A stretch of DNA of 62,775 nucleotides, filler included, from Choristocarpus tenellus KU-1152 (GCA_964200185.2; 11 parts of 11 records of this genome joined end to end with filler, not necessarily neighbours in it), one strand, 5' to 3'; counted from the first letter of the whole stretch, positions 40,315-53,408 are shown. A program made the numbers and translations. The notes: generated by a model from the letters alone, not told the origin.

Positions 40315-43300
40315 CTTCTGTTTCCCAGTTCGCCCGGATCTATCACCAGCGTGTATGTAGCCTTCTACAAAACTGCTTTTCCCGTACTTCTCAAGGGTCA
40401 TAAACGCGGCATTGTCACGTGTGTGGTCACTGGTCGGCGGAAGCCAGTGAAGATCCACCCCACGCTCCCCGCCCTCGCCGACGCACTCCGCTAGGATGTT
40501 GCCGACCAAGAGCAGCGCCTCCATTGCCACAAAAAAGGCAAATCTTCCTTCCTGCACGGAGACGAGGTTTCCATGGTTCGCCAATGTCAAGGTAGCACGA
40601 GGCCAACCCCGTCGACGGGAGCCAGGTTCTTCCTTGTCACTGTCCGATGAGGAAGAGGCTGTTTCCTCGAGCCCGCCGAGATCATTGTCACCACTGACGA
40701 GATTATCTCCTCCACCCGAACGTTCGCCCTGGTCGGTGTCTTCAACGTTGCTGGTACCAGTTCCAGCGCCATCATCATCGGTGGGAAGCCAATGGACTGG
40801 GAGGTCGAACTCTCGTTCCCCCGTCTTTTTGAGAAGCCGCACAGACTCGCTTTGCTCGTGTTTCGCTCTCTGAATGGCTTCATCGTCTGCGAAGGTGGAA
40901 TCCATGAGCACGAGAACATCAACGGTATGGAAGCATGAATGTTACTTTGTAACCAGGCGTGAGGTTTCACGAATGCACTCGGGGAGCATGCGGTGAGAGG
41001 GAGGGTGTATATTTCGTCGGATTCGTGTCTGTTGAGTACTAGATCGGTACCCTCAAAACATTTATCGGGGGTAATCTATAGTACTTTTTATTGTAACATG
41101 CGACGATCACTACGCATGAGAATGGAATTTTTTCAAGATTGTTTTTGTAAAGGCTATAAAGGCTGCCTCGCACAGAAGTTGCACCAGATTTTTTTGGCTG
41201 CCACCGAATACAAAAATTAGCCATCAACTCCCCTCACAAAAAAATCGACTTACCCAGTTGGTACACTGCAGCGAGGCACTCATGCGATGCCTGGTACCGC
41301 TGCTCCACCTTCAGGATGACGTCTTCGGGAACCCTCTTGAGCTGGTAGGGTGGTGCATCTTGGATACGAGGCGGGTGGCCGATGAAGAGGTCGTGCGGAG
41401 GGGTATTGGAGTCGATAGCAAGGTCTCCACCTATCCCACTCATTCAGTGCTGTGCATGTATCGCTTTACGCTAACCTTAACCCACCCATCACCGCCTTTT
41501 TCAACGCGAAAAGCCCTGTAGCTCTTGATATTGGGGACACTGTTGACGCGACCGCGAAGGAGTCCCTTGAAGTTTCCCTCGTTCCGTAGGGTCTTGCAGT
41601 ATACTGGAACCTCCGTGTAAGAGGCCTGCAGCTCTTCACCCAGCTGTGTTCTTGTGAATATGTTCTTCCCTTTTATACCACGTGAGAACCTGAAGGTGAA
41701 ATGCAAGCAAGTTAATTTTGAGGCGGGGGCGAAAGAAACGAAGTGGAGAAGCAATGTATATATGCAGGCACATGCTCCGATGCATGAATATGGAAGTATA
41801 GATATAAAAAAGGGGTGATGCGTACATTTTTTTATTGTTTTGTTTCGAGAGTATGTTACGAAACAGTCTTGGCAGCTGCTCTTATCGTTCAATTTTGTTG
41901 GGGGGAAATCAAAAGCCAAATAATCAATTATAGTGTATGACCATAAACCTTCCATGGATGCAACAAGCGTGAGCTGCAAGCCTCAAGGCAGTATCTTGAA
42001 CGCATCAAAACACTCTGTGGATATCGCACTTGTATATCGTGCCTAATTACCTGGAGAAGATCTGATTGATTTTGATGTGCGTGTGCCCCACCATCATAAA
42101 ATGTATCTCGACCACACGAATGATACTCACCGCGACCAACAGCCCCACATATCCGAGAAAGAAATTGTTCTTGTTCTCTGAGACGCAGTTGTCGACCTGG
42201 CCAGTTTGGGGAGTTGGGACCGAGGGAGCGATAGGTGTGAGTCCGATATGTCAGGCCATTTAGCCGCGTTTCGTGGAGGAACAGGGTATGTTTCCAGCAC
42301 TGCTAGAGCGCAAGCTCTACATCACCGCCATCATACATGCAGGTTGCAACGCACAAACCAAAACTAAAGACCGCGCAGTTAGTTACTTGGTGACCGGTAT
42401 TCAGCGAGTATGTGTTGAGTAGGTCGTGTCAAGATGAAGCTTTCTTACCTGCCAATGCGCATGCTGGATTATGCAACTCCCTGCGTGATCGAGGCTGTTG
42501 TGGTACTTGTCGATAAGCCTTGTGAGGGCAAGGTGGGTGACTGTGCAGACAAGGTTACAAACTGCGGGAACAATGATGTCCGTCGTTAGTTGGCAAATAG
42601 TACCATGCTTACTTACGCATTGTTTAATTGGAGCTAAAAAGAGGGGTAACGGAATTTGTTTTTGCAATGTAGAGCAAATATAGTGATCTGCGTAAATCTG
42701 ACAGGAGCGTCACTCTGTTCGGGCCTCGCCACCGTTTGCAGAAGCGGCAAAGGAGGCGAATCTACCATCATCATCATCGTCGCGAAGCGCTTTAGACATA
42801 TGAAGTACACACCTTTGCTACCAATGTCAGACCGGCCCGGGGTCGCAGAGTCGGTGTACACGGCTTTGCAATAACAGTTATTGTGTCTTCCTTCGTAAAA
42901 GCGACGAAGAGTACCATCATCAACATTGTAGTCTCGACATAGCAAACGAAAAAATTAGCCCTTGGTACGAATCCTCACACGTTCGTTTAATAACATCAGA
43001 CCGGTTAAAGTAATAAACATCCACCACTCGAAATACTACTTAGATCCACTTCTTCTACGTACTGCTGGGTCACACGGTTTTTAACTAATCCAACACAGGG
43101 TGCGGCCAACATCTCCACAACCAAGGGGAAAACCTACCTCTTTGTTCGCGGCGTAGATCGCAATTGTGGACTTGTGAGGCATGAACTGCCCGTATGTATC
43201 AGCCTAGTAGTCTATCCAGGACATCACCAGGTCTCGCTTCAGAGCCATGTCCTTATCTTTGTTCTTTCCGTTCCTGTTGTAGTAGTGCACGTATGTATAT

Positions 43301-44237
43301 AAGTGGATGGGAGATGTGTTGGAGGTGGATACAAGGGACGGGGGATGGAATCCTAGAAGGATCGTATGCCAGCAGCGGATCTCTAATTCTGTAGATATTT
43401 ACGCGTTGTAACTGCTGCAGCAGCGCGGGGACGGCCGGATGAGATGATATGTGGGCAGCACAAAAAAACATATCGCACATGTATATACGCACATAGGTAA
43501 CACATAACTCCACGCTGGAGGGATCTCTAACTTTGTATATCAGACATCTAGGCATGGTAACTGCAAAGTGAACGTGGTGAGTACGGTCGGATTACATTGT
43601 TCTCAGATAGGACTATTGTTCAATCATCAAGCAGGGGGGAAAATATACCGGTTACAAATAACACTGTGTACATACGTCAAACCCACCTCTCCACTCCAGT
43701 GGATGCTCTTGCATTAGGTGCGCCTTTGCAAGTGTCAATGACATGATTGGATGTTCCGAACGATGCCTTGAAAAACTGCGTACAGACGGGATTGCCGGCC
43801 GTGAGCATAGATCCGCCTCCAGGTCCCAACTTAATCACAGGTACATGGCCGCCAATGAAGTGCTTGCGATCGCAGCGGTTCTCACACGCCCGGATGATGT
43901 TCTGCTCTTTGGCCAACGTGCGTGCAAGGAAGGACTCGCTAGCTGCCGCAAACTTCTTCACACAGGCTAAGTGCTTGCAGCAGTCACCCTGTTCGTTGAC
44001 CGGGAACGGGTTCAGCCCATCCTCGGCGAAGCTTGGCGCTGGTCGCTGAAGCGTCATTGGTAGAACGCTCCAGCGCATCATTGTTGACGGGCTGCTGGTG
44101 AGGGGGCAACACAGGGGGAGACGCAGGCGACAAAAGCCACCCCCTTGCTGTGGAAGCAACTGTCATGGTGTTTTCGGGCAACAGGCAGTCTTGGGCAGTG
44201 AGAAGGTCTAGGAGTGATTAGATTCGAAGGCGGGCAT
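40315..44237 (-). mobile_element. Intron-containing Sola-like (DUF7869-type) DDD transposase pseudogene
   Basis: Exons 42561-42449, 42196-42051 and 41689-41254 splice in phase to NLVCTVTHLAL...HWQVDNCVSENKNNFFLGYVGLLV...FMMVGHTHIKINQIFSRFSRGIKGKNIF; upstream GNPVCTQFFKASFGTS and YGQFMPH segments; internal stop and frameshifts. Confidence 0.8.
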
Positions 44238-44242
44238 ATTGA

Positions 44243-44582
44243 ACTTTGTTTGAGCTCTGGGCTATCCGTGGGACCACCCTGAGAACCATGATCCTGAAAA
44301 TCCGTGTATTACGTTTTTAGGAAGTTGTAAATCCGATTATATCCGTACTTACAATTTTAAATAAATACAAATCACATACTTAATTGATCTTGTACGTTTC
44401 CAATGTTTAGGGTTATAGACTTTGTTTGAGCTCTGGGCTATCCGCGGGACCACCCTGAGATCCATGATCCTGAAAATCCGTGCATTACGGTTTTCGGAAG
44501 TTGTCAATCCGATTATACCCGTACTTACAATTTTTTAAAATACAAAGCACATACTTCATTGATATTGTACGTTTCCAATGTT
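44243..44582. repeat. Two ~165-bp direct repeats (period ~176 bp)
   Basis: actttgtttgagctctgggctatccg.gggaccaccctgaga...tgtacgtttccaatgtt occurs twice. Confidence 0.92.
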
Positions 44583-45040
44583 CAGAAACCAAAGGGTCAC
44601 AAAAAACTGGCACCCTCTAATTTCTTGAAGTACAAAATCTTAAATTGTTGGACATTTGGATTCTTGTAAATTCTAGAGACGACAAAAAGGGGTTCTTTGG
44701 GTAAACGGGATCGGATCCCGTTTACCGTTGAACACCCAAAACACGTGCGTTAGTATTTTTATAAATAGTATATCCAGTAATAACCGTTCTTACTATTTTT
44801 GAAAATACTAAGCACGCACTTTATGGGTCTCACACGTTTCCAATTTTCAGAAACTAAAAGGTCACTTCCAACTGGTACCCAAAATTTATTTAAAGACTAA
44901 AACCGCTTTTTGGCGACTTTAGGGCGGTTTTAGTATTTAAATAAATAGTAGAGACGACAAAAAAGCGGATCTAGAGTTTTAAAGATCCGATCTGATCCGA
45001 TATACCCTTGAACACCCAAAACACGAGCGTTAGGGTTTTT
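44570..45040. repeat. Second, more diverged direct-repeat pair containing several palindromes
   Basis: cgtttccaat.ttcagaaac...tagagacgacaaaaa...ttgaacacccaaaacacg.gcgttag at ~44570-44755 and ~44835-45035; hairpins at 44700-44726, 44745-44819, 44884-44946. Confidence 0.85.
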
Positions 45041-45381
45041 ACGATATAATAATAATATTCTAATCTTTACATCAACAACTACAATTACAAACCACATCCT
45101 TCATTGATCCAATACATTTGAAACGTAAAAAACGAAAAGGTAACAAAAAACTGTTACTCTCTGTCTCCTTCCAATATGAAATCGTATGCTGTTCGATATT
45201 CGTATTTTTTATAACACAATTGTCAAGGGAAAAGACAAATCTGAGTTTTGAGGACCGAACGACCAGATGAAATAAAACAACACCTCCCATCCCTCAGTCC
45301 TCATTCCAATTCATTCCCTTCAGTACATACCACGTGCACCTGTTATTTATCGATCCCCGTCACACCCTCCCAACCTTCGCC

Positions 45382-45821
45382 ATGTCCAGCATTCGCTCAA
45401 CAACAACCCACCCGCCCGCCGATGGCGCTGCCCATGGATTGAGAATGTGGGACAGCGATCTGAAGGGCATATCCTCGCTCCTAGAACATCACTACCTCGG
45501 CACGTACAGGATGAAACTCGGCAACATCACATGCACGGAGATGGTGCGTCCACTGAGCGAGCGTGGCCTTGCGCGCATCAGCAAGCCTATCCACGAGAAA
45601 GGCTGGTTGGAGCAGTTTGCTCCGTCTGTCATAATCCAGCGAGACTCTTTAGGTAATGGGGGACCAGCTCACCGCCGAAACCATGCTTGCCATTCAAGGA
45701 CATACACTGGATGGAAACCATAGAATAACGGTGCTGAAGAGAGAGTTTGATCCCGAACGCGCTTTCATGATGTGGGTCTACATGGAGTTCAACCAAGCAG
45801 AAGAGAGGCAAATTGCCAACG
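45382..45821 (+). pseudogene. ParB/Sulfiredoxin-like domain ORF, exon 1 (one +1 frameshift in the G-run at ~45658-45662)
   Basis: MVRPLSERGLARISKPIHEKGWLEQFAPSVII...GHTLDGNHRITVLKREF...WVYMEFNQAEERQIAN; matches the ParB pattern R.L....L..SI...G...P..V...(I/L)DG.HR; G|GTGGGT donor. Confidence 0.65.
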
Positions 45822-46669
45822 GTGGGTGATGGAGTGTTGCAGTTATTCCATGATCGCCTGATGACTCTTCTGATCTACCAAGTTGTTACCGAGTTTCCTT
45901 TGTTTGGTTCATCGTCAGTCAGCCCATTGTTGATCTTTTCGCTGTTGATCTTTTTTATCCCTTGTGGTCTTTCTGTCGACAGCAACTTGTTGCTCACTAC
46001 TGCCTACCGCGTGTGTCCCGCGACCGCTTCCCACCTACCCCTTGCCCCGTTCGCCCACTGCGATGTGTTACAAGTCCAACAACTTGCCTGAGAAAATAGA
46101 TAAATGCAGATCGGCGTATCTGACAGGGTGGGGGGGGGGGGGCAGATCGCAACAAACAANNNNNNNNNNNNNNNNNNNNNNNNNNNNNNNNNNNNNNNNN
46201 NNNTTAATTAATTAANNNNNNNNNNNNNNNNNNNNNNNNNNNNNNNNNNNNNNNNNNNNCCCCCCCGACCAGGGCCGTTCTACCATACACAACCTCCCAC
46301 TTTGTCTCAAAATGGACCACCGCATGACCCACTGAAACATCAACATCAACATCAACTTCAACTTCAACTACATGACCGCTACAATGCCCTGACACCCTCT
46401 ACACACACATGTGCTTCTGTGAGACTTCTACCTTTCCAGAGGGGAAGCTACTTAGTGAAGCACATCCACTGGACACACACACACACACACACATGCAAGT
46501 CGCTCGAGAAGGCTATCCGCCTGTGCTGATAGGAACACCAGTGGTCGTTTCAGAATGAAGAATGAACTAATTTTCTGAAACATACCGTCGCATTCGATTG
46601 TGCACCCCACTCACTAACCCCTCCTTCCTCCCCCAATCAAACACAAATTTCTTCCGGCCCGTCTCTCAC

Positions 46670-46712
46670 CCCCTAACCCTAACCCTAACCCGAGCCATTG
46701 CAATCAAATATC

Positions 46713-46743
<31 letters not shown>

Positions 46744-46745
46744 GC
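46670..46745. repeat. Interstitial telomere-like (CCCTAA)n; shorter tracts at ~8490-8520, 27372, 37227, 46978, 47738, 60695, 61331
   Basis: Read directly. Confidence 0.85.
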
Positions 46746-48513
46746 TATGTAATTAAGTAGAGTATTTTCATTTAACTATTTGCACATGCTACAACTAAGT
46801 AGAGTGTTTTCATTTATAACTATTTTGTACATGCTACAACAGGGACAGAAAAAACAGCAGCGTCAATACCCTACTAACCCTCAACCCCAAGAGTCTAAAC
46901 AAAGAACCATAAAAAAAAAAATATATTTTGGAAGATATAGACGTACATCACTACTACCGTAAATATCAATATACCCTTAACCCTAACCCTAACCCTTTTG
47001 TACTGAAACACAGTCATTTCGATTGTACAGGCTACGTCAAGATTACAAACAATAAAAAGTAGTGATCTCCCTACACACACACAAATAATCACATAAACCA
47101 ACAAAATAACAAGATTCAAGGGCTACAATACATCTCTGAAAAGCAGCATCTACACCAATGGGATGCATTTGTCCTGCAACATCATCATCCCCTCCCCCCC
47201 CCAAAAAAAGAAGTGCACGCCTCCCTACATACTATCAATTGCACCTGATGAAACCCCCCCCCCAACTCTCCTCCACACAAGGGCCCTGACTAAACCTGGG
47301 TCTAACTTAATGGAGATCTTTTCTCAGGGCGTGTGCATGCATGGTCAAGCAACAAAGGGACTGGATAGTCCTCCCCCAATTCAATTCAAATTCAAAATTC
47401 TTGACTCTCAACAATAAAAAAACAATATATATATATATATTAATTGTACTCCACACTGTACCCTGTGTTAAATACCCCACAAATACACGCCTCTCGTTTC
47501 TCATCCAAAGCACAATCTCTCTCAAATAAATAAATCAATAATCACCCTTAAAATAAACAAAAGAGGTACATGAGATGTTCTTCACATACTACCAATAATA
47601 TGGGTACTGGTTTATCTCTATCGAGGACAGCAGGTCCCCATTCCAACTAAAAAAGGTGTACCTCCTATATACCTCACCGCCTTGTACTAGCAAGTCACTC
47701 ATAGGTAAAACATAGTCCACAGTAGTACGGTTCATCCCTAACCCAAACCCTTAACCCCTAACTCTAACCCTATTAATGCAAACGCCATCAATGGTAGCGA
47801 AATGAGTCACTTGAGTTCAATCGGTCTAGATTAAAAAAACACAAATAATTGAACGATTAAAAAGAGTTCAGTCATTCAGTTTTTTTTTTTTTTTTTTTAA
47901 CATTTTATCAGCAGGCATACAGGCACACACACACACACACACACACACATGCTGAACTGAGGTCTCTTGTGTGCGTGTACCCTCTCTACTTCTCTCCGTC
48001 AGTCACACCTCGAGAACAATAAAGTGCCAAAAAATAATAATAATTATTAATAATAATAATGATAATTATTAAAGAGGTGTAGTTAGATTGTGACACATCC
48101 ATATGGGCTCTTCACGATAGAACAACAGCAGCAATAACAATAACAATAAAAGAGGTGATAAAACCGTGGATGAATCCACCTCGCCTCTTCACAACTGTAC
48201 AACAACAATAGCAATGACAATAAAAAAAAAGAAAAGGTGTGTGATCAAAAACAATAGAAGTCTGTTTTAGATATTACTCCAAGAATCGTACCCCTCCATT
48301 TTTTCTTTTTTATAGCGTAAAAAACAAACCTGTGAGTTGAATACATACATATATAGAGAGTTACGTATCGTTGTTGGTTTCATCTACAGTTACAAAGCAA
48401 CACCAATTAAGTTCCAAACCCATTCTCATCCCTGCACCGCCACCAAAGGATGGATATATACAACATTTCCCTTCCCCAAACCAGACCGGACCTGACCAGA
48501 CCAGTGGCCTCAC

Positions 48514-48628
48514 CAATAAGGGTCTGCATGCCTGGCCAGAAGGCCATTAGGCTCTCAAAGTGTCTTCGCATGGTGGCACCACTGGACATGTCTGTATCTG
48601 CATACCAATCACCATCTCGGACTAGTCG
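48514..48628 (-). CDS. GH47 alpha-1,2-mannosidase (EDEM-like) internal exon (RLVRDGDWYADTDMSSGATMRRHFESLMAFWPGMQTLIG)
   Basis: WY....M..G......SL.AFWPG.Q.L.G EDEM motif; in phase with the 49467 exon. Confidence 0.87.
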
Positions 48629-48699
48629 CTGAGAAGGAGGAAAAGTCACCACGATGGCAGGGAAGGGCGATTGAGGAATGATTGTTGCATTGGGTCCTA

Positions 48700-49345
48700 T
48701 TGTATTTTATTGTATTGTATTGTGTTGTGTTGTACAGTGGTGTGTTGTATTTATTGTATTGTGTTGTGTTGTACAGTGGGGTGTTGTATTTATTGTATTG
48801 TATTGTATTGTACTGTACTGTATCGCATTGTGTTGTCTTAAATTGCGTGTGATGATTGCGTTGCTCTTCATTGCACACTAAAGTTATGACCTTCTCCTCT
48901 TGGTGACATGAGCATGGTATTATTGCTTGTGTTTGTTTGAGGTATGATTCTTCTATGCTGTGAACAATCGAGGTACAGTACTATCTATTTACCGTATTGA
49001 GTGCTGTGTCTGTCATCTACATCCCACACCATTCTGTACTATGTTTCATACTGTACACAAAAGTACACAATACACAAAAAAATACATAATACATACACAT
49101 AACACACAAAAAATACACAATACACATACATACCACACAAAAAATACACAATACATATGTAACACACAAGAATGCACAACACATGCATAACACACACAAA
49201 AATACATAATACATATGTAACACACAAGAATGCACAACACATGCGTAACACACACAAAATACGCAATACATAAACACACACAAAAATACATAATACATAA
49301 TACACAATACACAATACACAATACATAATACACACATAATACGCA
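48700..49345. repeat. Intronic simple repeats: (ATTGT)-like at 48700-48835 and CA/AT-rich array at 49050-49345
   Basis: Read directly; produces spurious Cys/Val/Tyr ORFs. Confidence 0.9.
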
Positions 49346-49466
49346 CATTTCGACACTACTCTCAAAGACAGTCAGAAAGGCGGTTGAATGCAAGATTCAA
49401 ACCTCTAAGAGCACAACATGACCCAAACATGATTCAAACACGAACAGAATAGGGAGCGGAACCAAC

Positions 49467-49569
49467 CTGAATGCTGAAGTATGTCTCCATGAACATGTCC
49501 CAGTACTCCACATCTCCCCATAAGATATACATCTTCAGGAGATACTCGTAGTAACTGTCTCCATTTGGC
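49467..49569 (-). CDS. GH47 alpha-1,2-mannosidase (EDEM-like) internal exon (PNGDSYYEYLLKMYILWGDVEYWDMFMETYFSIQ)
   Basis: DSYYEYLLK GH47 signature; cgcag acceptor, gttggt donor. Confidence 0.9.
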
Positions 49570-49653
49570 CTGCGGTTGGTCATATTGGGTGGAAGGCATT
49601 GCACTGAGCGGCAGTGTATAATCACAGAAAAATCCACACGATACCCTTAATGC

Positions 49654-49691
<38 letters not shown>

Positions 49692-50059
49692 ACCACCCCC
49701 CCCACACCCCTCCCCTTCCTTCTTCACCGTGCCCTCCGGCTGCAGACCATTCCTGTATCGGGTNNNNNNNNNNNNNNNNNNNNNNNNNNNNNNNNNNNNN
49801 NNNNNNNTTAATTAATTAANNNNNNNNNNNNNNNNNNNNNNNNNNNNNNNNNNNNNNNNNNNNGGTACGGGTGTTTCCCTATTTGTCCGTTTGGAGGCCT
49901 TTTGGCAACTCACGATTTTTTGTTGAAATTTTTTTGGTTTTCCGTTTTTTGAAGTAGGCAAGTGTTCGCGAATTTCGATTTTAAGGCGATTTTCAATTTT
50001 CTCTCTTTCGGAGTTGGTAAAATGTAGAAGAAATTATGGTGTCGAATGTTTTTTGTGAT

Positions 50060-51650
50060 AAATTAATGGAGTAAATGTGGGTGGTGATCTAAACCCGAAG
50101 CATTCACCCCTTGGCATTTTGAAAAGTGTTGCAATGTACAGATAACCGATCCTGATGCCATCTCTCTGTACCTCTCGATGATCCTGATGTTGTGGGAAGA
50201 GTGTTCTCTGGTGCCCCTAAGCTCTGAGCGTTCCTGTCTTGATCTACCATAATGCACTGATATAACCCGTCAGCCCAGGCTAGCAGATACAAGATCAAGA
50301 CAGAAGCACTCAAACCTTTGGCGCACAAGAGGACACTCTTCCTACAAGACCAGAAGTATCGGGAGGAACATGATATACCGCCGCATCAATTCTAGTTTAA
50401 GAACCAGGGCCAATAATGGAGTAGAATTTGAGAGACACAATAATATAACTCTGATGTCAATACATACCCTAGTGGTTGGTATCCCCCTAAAACACAGTTT
50501 AGGCAGCAAACTATTGAACACGAAAAGATAAGGGTCTTCATCATATTCAGGTGGAATAGAATGCCATAAAGATGCAGTTGGTCTTCTGTGGGAGAATTGC
50601 TCGTAATATCCCAAAGATGTGTGGCTGGCCTGGATGGAAGGCAGGCACTACCATCAGAGTGTTTTGAGCAATTCTCCCAAGGAAGAGTGACTACATCTTT
50701 GCAGCATTCTTGTCATGCTTTTGGGAGTCACCATCCTCCAAACCTCGACGGGGATGTGTGTGGCCGGCAGCACAATGTTAGGAAATACTAGTTGTACGTC
50801 AATGAGACGCTTGCTCTCCCCCCGAGGTGATCATTTGTCAAGGGCAAGGAAATATGGGACGGGGTGGTTCTCCCAGAGTGTCAGCTTGGCCAGGTATAGT
50901 AAAATTGCCCGTAAATCTCATGTTACACCCATTTGAATCAGGCACCAAGCAACTAGACAATCATGTTTGTATCTGCTTTGAACATGTTCCAAAATTCTGG
51001 TGAAGTTCATACTGCATGCCCAACAGTATGTGTTACAGCGACTAAAGACAATTTGAATAATCAAATACTAGGTAGTACTCAATATTTGCTACTATGCTCT
51101 GAAAGAGGATGGTTTAGATTCACCACGAGGATGTATTGGTTAGTATTCGCTCTTGAGCAGAGATATGTCCGATTCCCTTGGTACCTGCCAATTCGTGCTT
51201 ATTATCGGATGTAGGTCTGTGCGTTGATATGCGGAAGAAAGTGTGTGCTGATCATGCTACGAGGTATGTGCCAACTTAAGAAATCTGCTACTATAATAGA
51301 CAGAGCTCTTGCTAGCCCTCTATCAATGCTTGTCAGCTCATGGCGCATTTTAGGCATTGTATGTGGTCAAGGGTTGGGTGAAAAGATAACTTCTATATGC
51401 CTTACTCTGTGGTGGCGCAGCAAATCCTGATTTGGGGAGGTTGCCATGCTTTTTTTTCCATCAACACATTTGCCTGTCTAGTTCATGACGGAGCAGCAGT
51501 TTCAATAATGTCAGGTATCTTGTCAACACAACTCTATCTGAGTTGTGCCAGTACGTACTCCAGCATATAGTGGCAATAATCAACATACATCCCACTGTAT
51601 CTTCTCTTGTGCAGGCATGAGGAATACCTCAAAAAAAGAGAGGACACAGC
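50060..51650 (-). mobile_element. Possible decayed non-LTR retrotransposon remnant
   Basis: Only weak motif traces (e.g. PSRFGGW*LP, similar to P.RLGGLGLP); many stops. Confidence 0.25.
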
Positions 51651-51989
51651 TACCACCGTCCAGGTATGGGTGACTGGTGGCAATTGGGACAGGCATACAC
51701 ACTGTGGGGGTGGAAGGTGGCAAGGTCAGGAAGTGGTTGGCCCGCGTTTGGAGGTTGGTTTGTAGGAGAAAGGGGGACCGGTTATCAAATGAGGGAGAAG
51801 ATGTAGAATTGCAGAGTGATATGAGAAGATGGGCAACGAGATGAATTGTCTGTAGGGTTTATTCCAGAGTACAGGGAGAATGCTTCTTAGAGAAGAGAGT
51901 GATGTGACTATCTGTGTGTGATAAGAGAAATCTAGAAGATGGTAGATTCATTCCTGAGCAAGACCTTGTAATCATTTAGCATGCCCTTT

Positions 51990-52164
51990 TTTGGTTTTCG
52001 AAACAGTTCGGAGTAGAAGAAATGTGTACAACTATGAAAGTTGTGCCCGGAGCAAGGACATCAACACTTGCTGACAAACACCAAAGCCAAAATTCATCAA
52101 AATCGCACCATGGGATTTTGAACCCCAAATGGACGCGGGCCTACCCTCTTAAATGCTCCGACTC
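51990..52164 (+). mobile_element. MITE family A, degenerate/partial
   Basis: ccccaaatggacgcgggcctaccctcttaaatgctccgactc right end. Confidence 0.7.
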
Positions 52165-52880
52165 ATTGCACTGGGTTGGGTGTACTACACGAGCACAATG
52201 TGAAGTGTGAATTGGTCGGGATGTGGACGCCTTTCAACATTGCAGTGTGTGTTACATAGTATAAATTGACAACATCAAAGGTGTTGATTGTTGGAGTGTT
52301 AGGTTGGTCCAAAAGGAATGAATCTGGCTTCTCTAACAGCAGTACTCCTTACAGCATTTCTCACCATGTTCAGGGTCCTTCTTCCATGTGATTGCATAGG
52401 TTCTTAACTTCGACCAAGCCCTCACAACCAGCCGACCGTCCTCCTCCAACCTCCTAACCCATGGCCAGGCGGTCATGAGACGGCGAGCAGCCTGGCGATT
52501 ACTTGTTCATTTGAGGTCTGCAGTTGCCATGCTGTAGGCTCGTGTTCGAGGATGGTTGGGTAGGAGGGCGGTCATCCAGAGGTGAGTTTGGTGTTGATCA
52601 GTATTGCAATGTAGAAGTTAGTGTTCTCGTTTACTTTGTATTTGGATTGGTGGTAAAAGTTTATACCCATTACAGAGTGGATGAGGAATTGTAGGCATGA
52701 AACAAAGATGGGACTACCTTGATATGTGTTTGCTTAAGGACAGTAGAGTGCACCACAGTAGCGACAAATCAACGGTATTCAGCCTCAGGCAATAGCATTG
52801 TTTACACTGTTGTAGGTAAACACAAGAAGTTCTCGCCCAAGACCCATTCCCAATACTCTAATCCTCTTATTCTTGAAGCG

Positions 52881-53137
52881 GAGCCAAAGTATATTTAGAG
52901 GGTAGAGCCGCGTCCATTTGAGGGTCAAAATACAATGTTGTGATTTTGATTAAATTTTGGCTATGGTATTTGTTAGGAAGTGTCAATATCTATATTTCGG
53001 ACACACCTTTCATAACGTATACATTTTACCTACTCCGAAACGTTTTGGAGTCGGAAAATGTCATAAAAAACCCTATGGGAAGCCAAGTCCCACAAATGGA
53101 CAGAGAAAAATTTGTACCCTCTAATATATTTTCACTC
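52881..53137 (-). mobile_element. MITE family A
   Basis: TIRs present; 4-bp TSD agcg/agcg. Confidence 0.88.
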
Positions 53138-53227
53138 AGCGTGCTGGTTCTCCTCTTGTGCTGAAGATGCTCCCCCTTTACTACCAAAACAGGATAATAA
53201 GGGAAATATATTGATAATTTGTATCTT

Positions 53228-53408
53228 GACCCAAAGTGTCTGGGGTGGGGTGGGGTGGGGGGTCTACAGCAGGGTGTCCATTTGAACCAGAATGAGGAAA
53301 AGTAAATTTACACTATCCATCCGACGTATGCAACCAGATCACCCAAAAGTTGCGACATGAAAAATTTGACTCCAAATGGACAGCCACCACCCCCCCCCCC
53401 CCCCCCCC
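53228..53408 (-). mobile_element. MITE family C, cut by contig end
   Basis: GACCCAAAGTGTCTGGGG start; reverse-complement homolog of the 29154 copy. Confidence 0.8.

Noticed and set aside
48678-49393. Cys/Val/Tyr-rich ORFs
   Set aside because: Intronic simple-sequence repeats
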